From NCBI GenBank assembly GCA_043228905.1, contig JBHGNT010000006.1, positions 11,284,001 through 11,348,000 of the forward strand: 64,000 nucleotides of DNA. The letters are read 5' to 3'. Both the position numbers and the translations under genes were made by a program. Positions 61,261 to 64,000 of the stretch are shown here, piece by piece. Position 1 is the stretch's first letter. Every line of letters begins with the position of its first letter. The notes under the pieces were generated by a model. It had not been told where the DNA came from, made no database searches, and saw nothing but the letters and a program-made list of their open reading frames with translations. Origin of the DNA: Azolla caroliniana. Its lineage: Eukaryota > Plantae > Polypodiophyta.

Positions 61261-61286
61261 CCAAATGGCTCCTATTTTGGCCGGAC

Positions 61287-62450
61287 TTATTCGTTTGACT
61301 CCTCTTCTAATTGGCTTAGGACTTCAAATTTATTGGACAAGGGTGGATTATTCATAATATTAGATTCACTAACTACTTCTAAAATGTTGGACTCATTTTT
61401 ATTGTCATAGTGAATTTGATTTACCTGACGTCTCGGCCTACGGGAGCAATGAATGGCTATATGTCCTGGACCTCCACAATATAAGCACAGATGGTTTGCT
61501 CGACGACGTTGCTTCTCTTCGTCTGACAACGATCCTCGTCGTTGAGTCATATCGATCTCCATGGGTGTAGGACTATCCATTGGGACTGGACTACGTGTTT
61601 GCCTTGGAGTTGGAGCAGGGCTATACATTTGCCTTGGGGATGATTTCGCCGTTACTGATGCATAAGTTGGTGTGAATCTAGATCTTGTTATTTGTTGTTG
61701 TCGCTCACATCGACGCTCAAAAAGGCGATTATCACACCGTATTGCTCGACTAATAGCTTTTGTAAGTGACCTTGGATCCTCGGGGAAGGTAAGAAGTAAG
61801 TCTTTGACATCACTACAAAGGCATGAACGGAATTGCTCCATTAGGGCTTGTTCATCCCAAGGAATATTGCTTGCGATGAGACGGAAATTGGCAGCATATG
61901 TTGAAGTTGGTTGATCACCTTGACGAAGTGTACGAATCTTGTTGATAGCTGTTCTCGCCCCATCAGTATCTCCGAAACAAGCCTTAAATTCCTTGATAAA
62001 TTCCTCGAAATTATTCAGTAGAGGAGAATTGGTCTCTAGCAATGGAGCAAACCACGACAACGCTATGCCAGTCAATAAAGTGCCCACTAGCCCGACTTGT
62101 GATGCATCTGTTGGATAACGTGCGGGATGCATTTGAATCACCAACCGTACTTGATTCAAAAAACCTCGGAAATGCGCCCTCGACCCATCAAATTTAGCTG
62201 GGAGGCTAATTTTGGGCTCCTTGATAAGTCCGTGACCTTCAACCCTTTGTTGTTGTAACACGACGATTGTCGACTCTAATTGTTGCACTCGTCGCGTGAA
62301 CTCCTCTTGTTGTTGTTGCTTCTCTATAGTAACCTTTTGTAGATCCCCAAGTAGACGTTGATTCTCTACTTCAAGAGATGCGAACTTGGATTTAAGGTTC
62401 TCCATTTCTGCAACAAGGGTGAGATATTCTTCTGAGTTAATGGCAGCCAT
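61287..62450 (-). CDS. gag: Gag protein of the chromovirus
   Basis: 387-aa ORF with an N-terminal coiled coil, PKISLPAKFDG capsid start, LRQG motif, PMEID and a CLYCGGPGHIAIHC knuckle. Confidence 0.95.
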   Translation of the reverse strand: MAAINSEEYLTLVAEMENLKSKFASLEVENQRLLGDLQKVTIEKQQQQEEFTRRVQQLESTIVVLQQQRVEGHGLIKEPKISLPAKFDGSRAHFRGFLNQVRLVIQMHPARYPTDASQVGLVGTLLTGIALSWFAPLLETNSPLLNNFEEFIKEFKACFGDTDGARTAINKIRTLRQGDQPTSTYAANFRLIASNIPWDEQALMEQFRSCLCSDVKDLLLTFPEDPRSLTKAISRAIRCDNRLFERRCERQQQITRSRFTPTYASVTAKSSPRQMYSPAPTPRQTRSPVPMDSPTPMEIDMTQRRGSLSDEEKQRRRANHLCLYCGGPGHIAIHCSRRPRRQVNQIHYDNKNESNILEVVSESNIMNNPPLSNKFEVLSQLEEESNE

Positions 62451-62670
62451 GGTTTCAGGATGGTTACAAAGGAGGATAAGAGAGAGTGAGAGAGAGAGAG
62501 AGAATTCGAATCAAACTGTCAAAACCAAGGATAAAAGATAGAGTGATGGAAGAAGGATAGAGAAGAATGGATGTATAAGATAGAGAAAGAAAGAGAATGG
62601 ATACAAGATATGTAATGAGAGCTAAAGACTGGTGTTGATTCGAATTGATTTGAGAATACATGTATGCGCT

Positions 62671-62776
62671 TATTTATAGGTTTCTATAGAATAGCTTAGA
62701 GATTTCTAGAATGTTCTAGAATGTTCTAGACCTAGAATGCTCTAGGACATTCTAGAACATTCTAGAATAATCTAGA
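62671..62776 (-). promoter_or_regulatory. LTR promoter: TATA box plus upstream heat-shock-element-like array (also at 57398-57503)
   Basis: TATAAATA at 62678-62671. TTCtaGAAtgTTCtaGAAtgTTC and further TTCTAGAA units at 62704-62776. Confidence 0.7.
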
Positions 62777-62830
62777 GTTTTTACAATAATCAATGTAATA
62801 CAAGAAGTAGCTTTTATTGTTTCATATAAC

Positions 62831-62903
62831 AATAAGCTATCTTAATGGTTGAGGTTTTCAAGTATGAATTACAAGGTTCGAGGTTCAAGTCCGGGTGACG
62901 CCA
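62831..62903 (+). other. tRNA-like (box A/box B) cassette in the chromovirus LTR U3, antisense to the element (also at 57558-57630)
   Basis: TATCTTAATGGTTGAG ... AGGT ... GGTTCAAGTCC ... CCA with tRNA-like spacing. Acceptor stem does not pair. Confidence 0.6.
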
Positions 62904-63019
62904 TAATGGTCATGTGTTCATGACACATTGCACCCTCCATTTATTTGTGACATTTTGTTTTAGTAGGTAACACATGGTTTTTTGAACCTTGTTTTCACCA
63001 CTTCTTGACTCGTATAGGT

Positions 63020-63590
63020 AGTGACTTATTTTTATCTCTTTTTTCATAACACAAGCACATTTCTTGTTTGATTCCGATAGGTTCTCACAATTTTCTTAAT
63101 AATCACTTGGTGTAGCAAATGTAAGTCCACATAAACGCTAGTGATAATATCGATCAAGTTCACATGTCAAATGGAGGCGTCCAATACATTTGTGGCCTTA
63201 TTTGTCAGTTGCCAATTCAAATAGACACATATATGGAGAAGCTTGACTTCCACGTTATGAAACTACAATCCAAAAATGTCATTTTAGGATACCCTTGGGT
63301 TAATCGCTCAATCACATTTGAATTTAATAATTGTAAGTATTTTATTCAATGTTCGAAACTTCCTTCTCATTCACTTTTGTCTTACAAATCTTGAAGTGAG
63401 TATTCTAATTCACTTTTGTCATCAATTTATTCGTGTGTAATTGATCTTGCACTTCAATTTTATTATTTTAATATTGACACCACACAATTACCACATTATC
63501 AATGACAATTACTCGACTCTATTTTAGACAATTTTGAAAGATGTGTTTCCTAATGCATTGTTGTTTACTTTACCACCAAGAAAAGAGTTG
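63020..63590 (+). pseudogene. Decayed gypsy protease / RT-start fragment
   Basis: DFHVMKLQSKNVILGYPW and KDVFPNALLFTLPPRK resemble the gypsy protease end and the DVFP..LPP linker. Confidence 0.55.
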
Positions 63591-64000
63591 GAGCTTGTGC
63601 TTGAGGTACCAAATACCGAAGATGGTATAGTTGTAGATTGGAATGAGATAACAAATGCTTGTAATAAATTTATGAAAAGAATGAAAAGGAAAGTGAAATG
63701 TTACAAATATCACATGTGGGAATCACGAATCGTCTACAGCAAAACATCGAAGTTCAAAGTCTAGGTCGAGAACCATCATACGAAATAGTGCACCAACCAC
63801 GACAAATGATCGGAACTAAGAGTGAATCTTTGCTTGATGATTTGGTTCAAAGTATGAACTTGATTTAACAATTAAAGTAGCAAAGCTTGAGGATGGTTAG
63901 ACTTCAAGGTCAAGCAAAAGCATGAAACAAGAGAAAGCAAAAGAAAAGAGATGGAGGCAAATGTCGATAAAGCTAAATTTGGCCCTTCATTCAATTAATG

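Larger units (their letters stand above)
57244..62925 (-). mobile_element. Young full-length Ty3/gypsy chromovirus (Tcn1/Tf1-sushi-like)
   Basis: 409-bp LTRs at 57244-57652 and 62517-62925, with one mismatch seen by eye. TSD CATTG at 57239-57243 and 62926-62930. PPT GAAGGAGGGATAG. Intact gag and pol ORFs. Confidence 0.97.

Overview
Eukaryotic plant DNA, most likely a moss such as Physcomitrium (inferred from Bryco-like copia elements, a Tcn1-like self-priming chromovirus and a multi-intron plant gene). Positions 1-38 kb are a nested pile of degenerate Ty1/copia LTR retrotransposons, four layers deep, with readable LTRs, tRNA-iMet primer-binding sites (PBS) and target-site duplications (TSD). 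Positions ~41.2-48.3 kb hold one minus-strand gene of about 23 exons encoding a POLLUX-like (PEC1/PEC2-type) ion channel. Positions 50.8-64 kb contain gypsy remnants, solo LTRs and one young, apparently intact Ty3/gypsy chromovirus (57244-62925). The most unusual signals are: (1) an antisense tRNA-like Pol III box A/box B cassette in the U3 of two different LTR families; (2) a solo-LTR family whose 4-bp TSDs are all centred on CpG; (3) a U3 block shared between a copia LTR and that solo-LTR family; and (4) Tf1-type self-priming, a heat-shock element array and a -1 frameshift structure in the chromovirus. All calls were read by eye and no database searches were run. Family labels A-F are my own.
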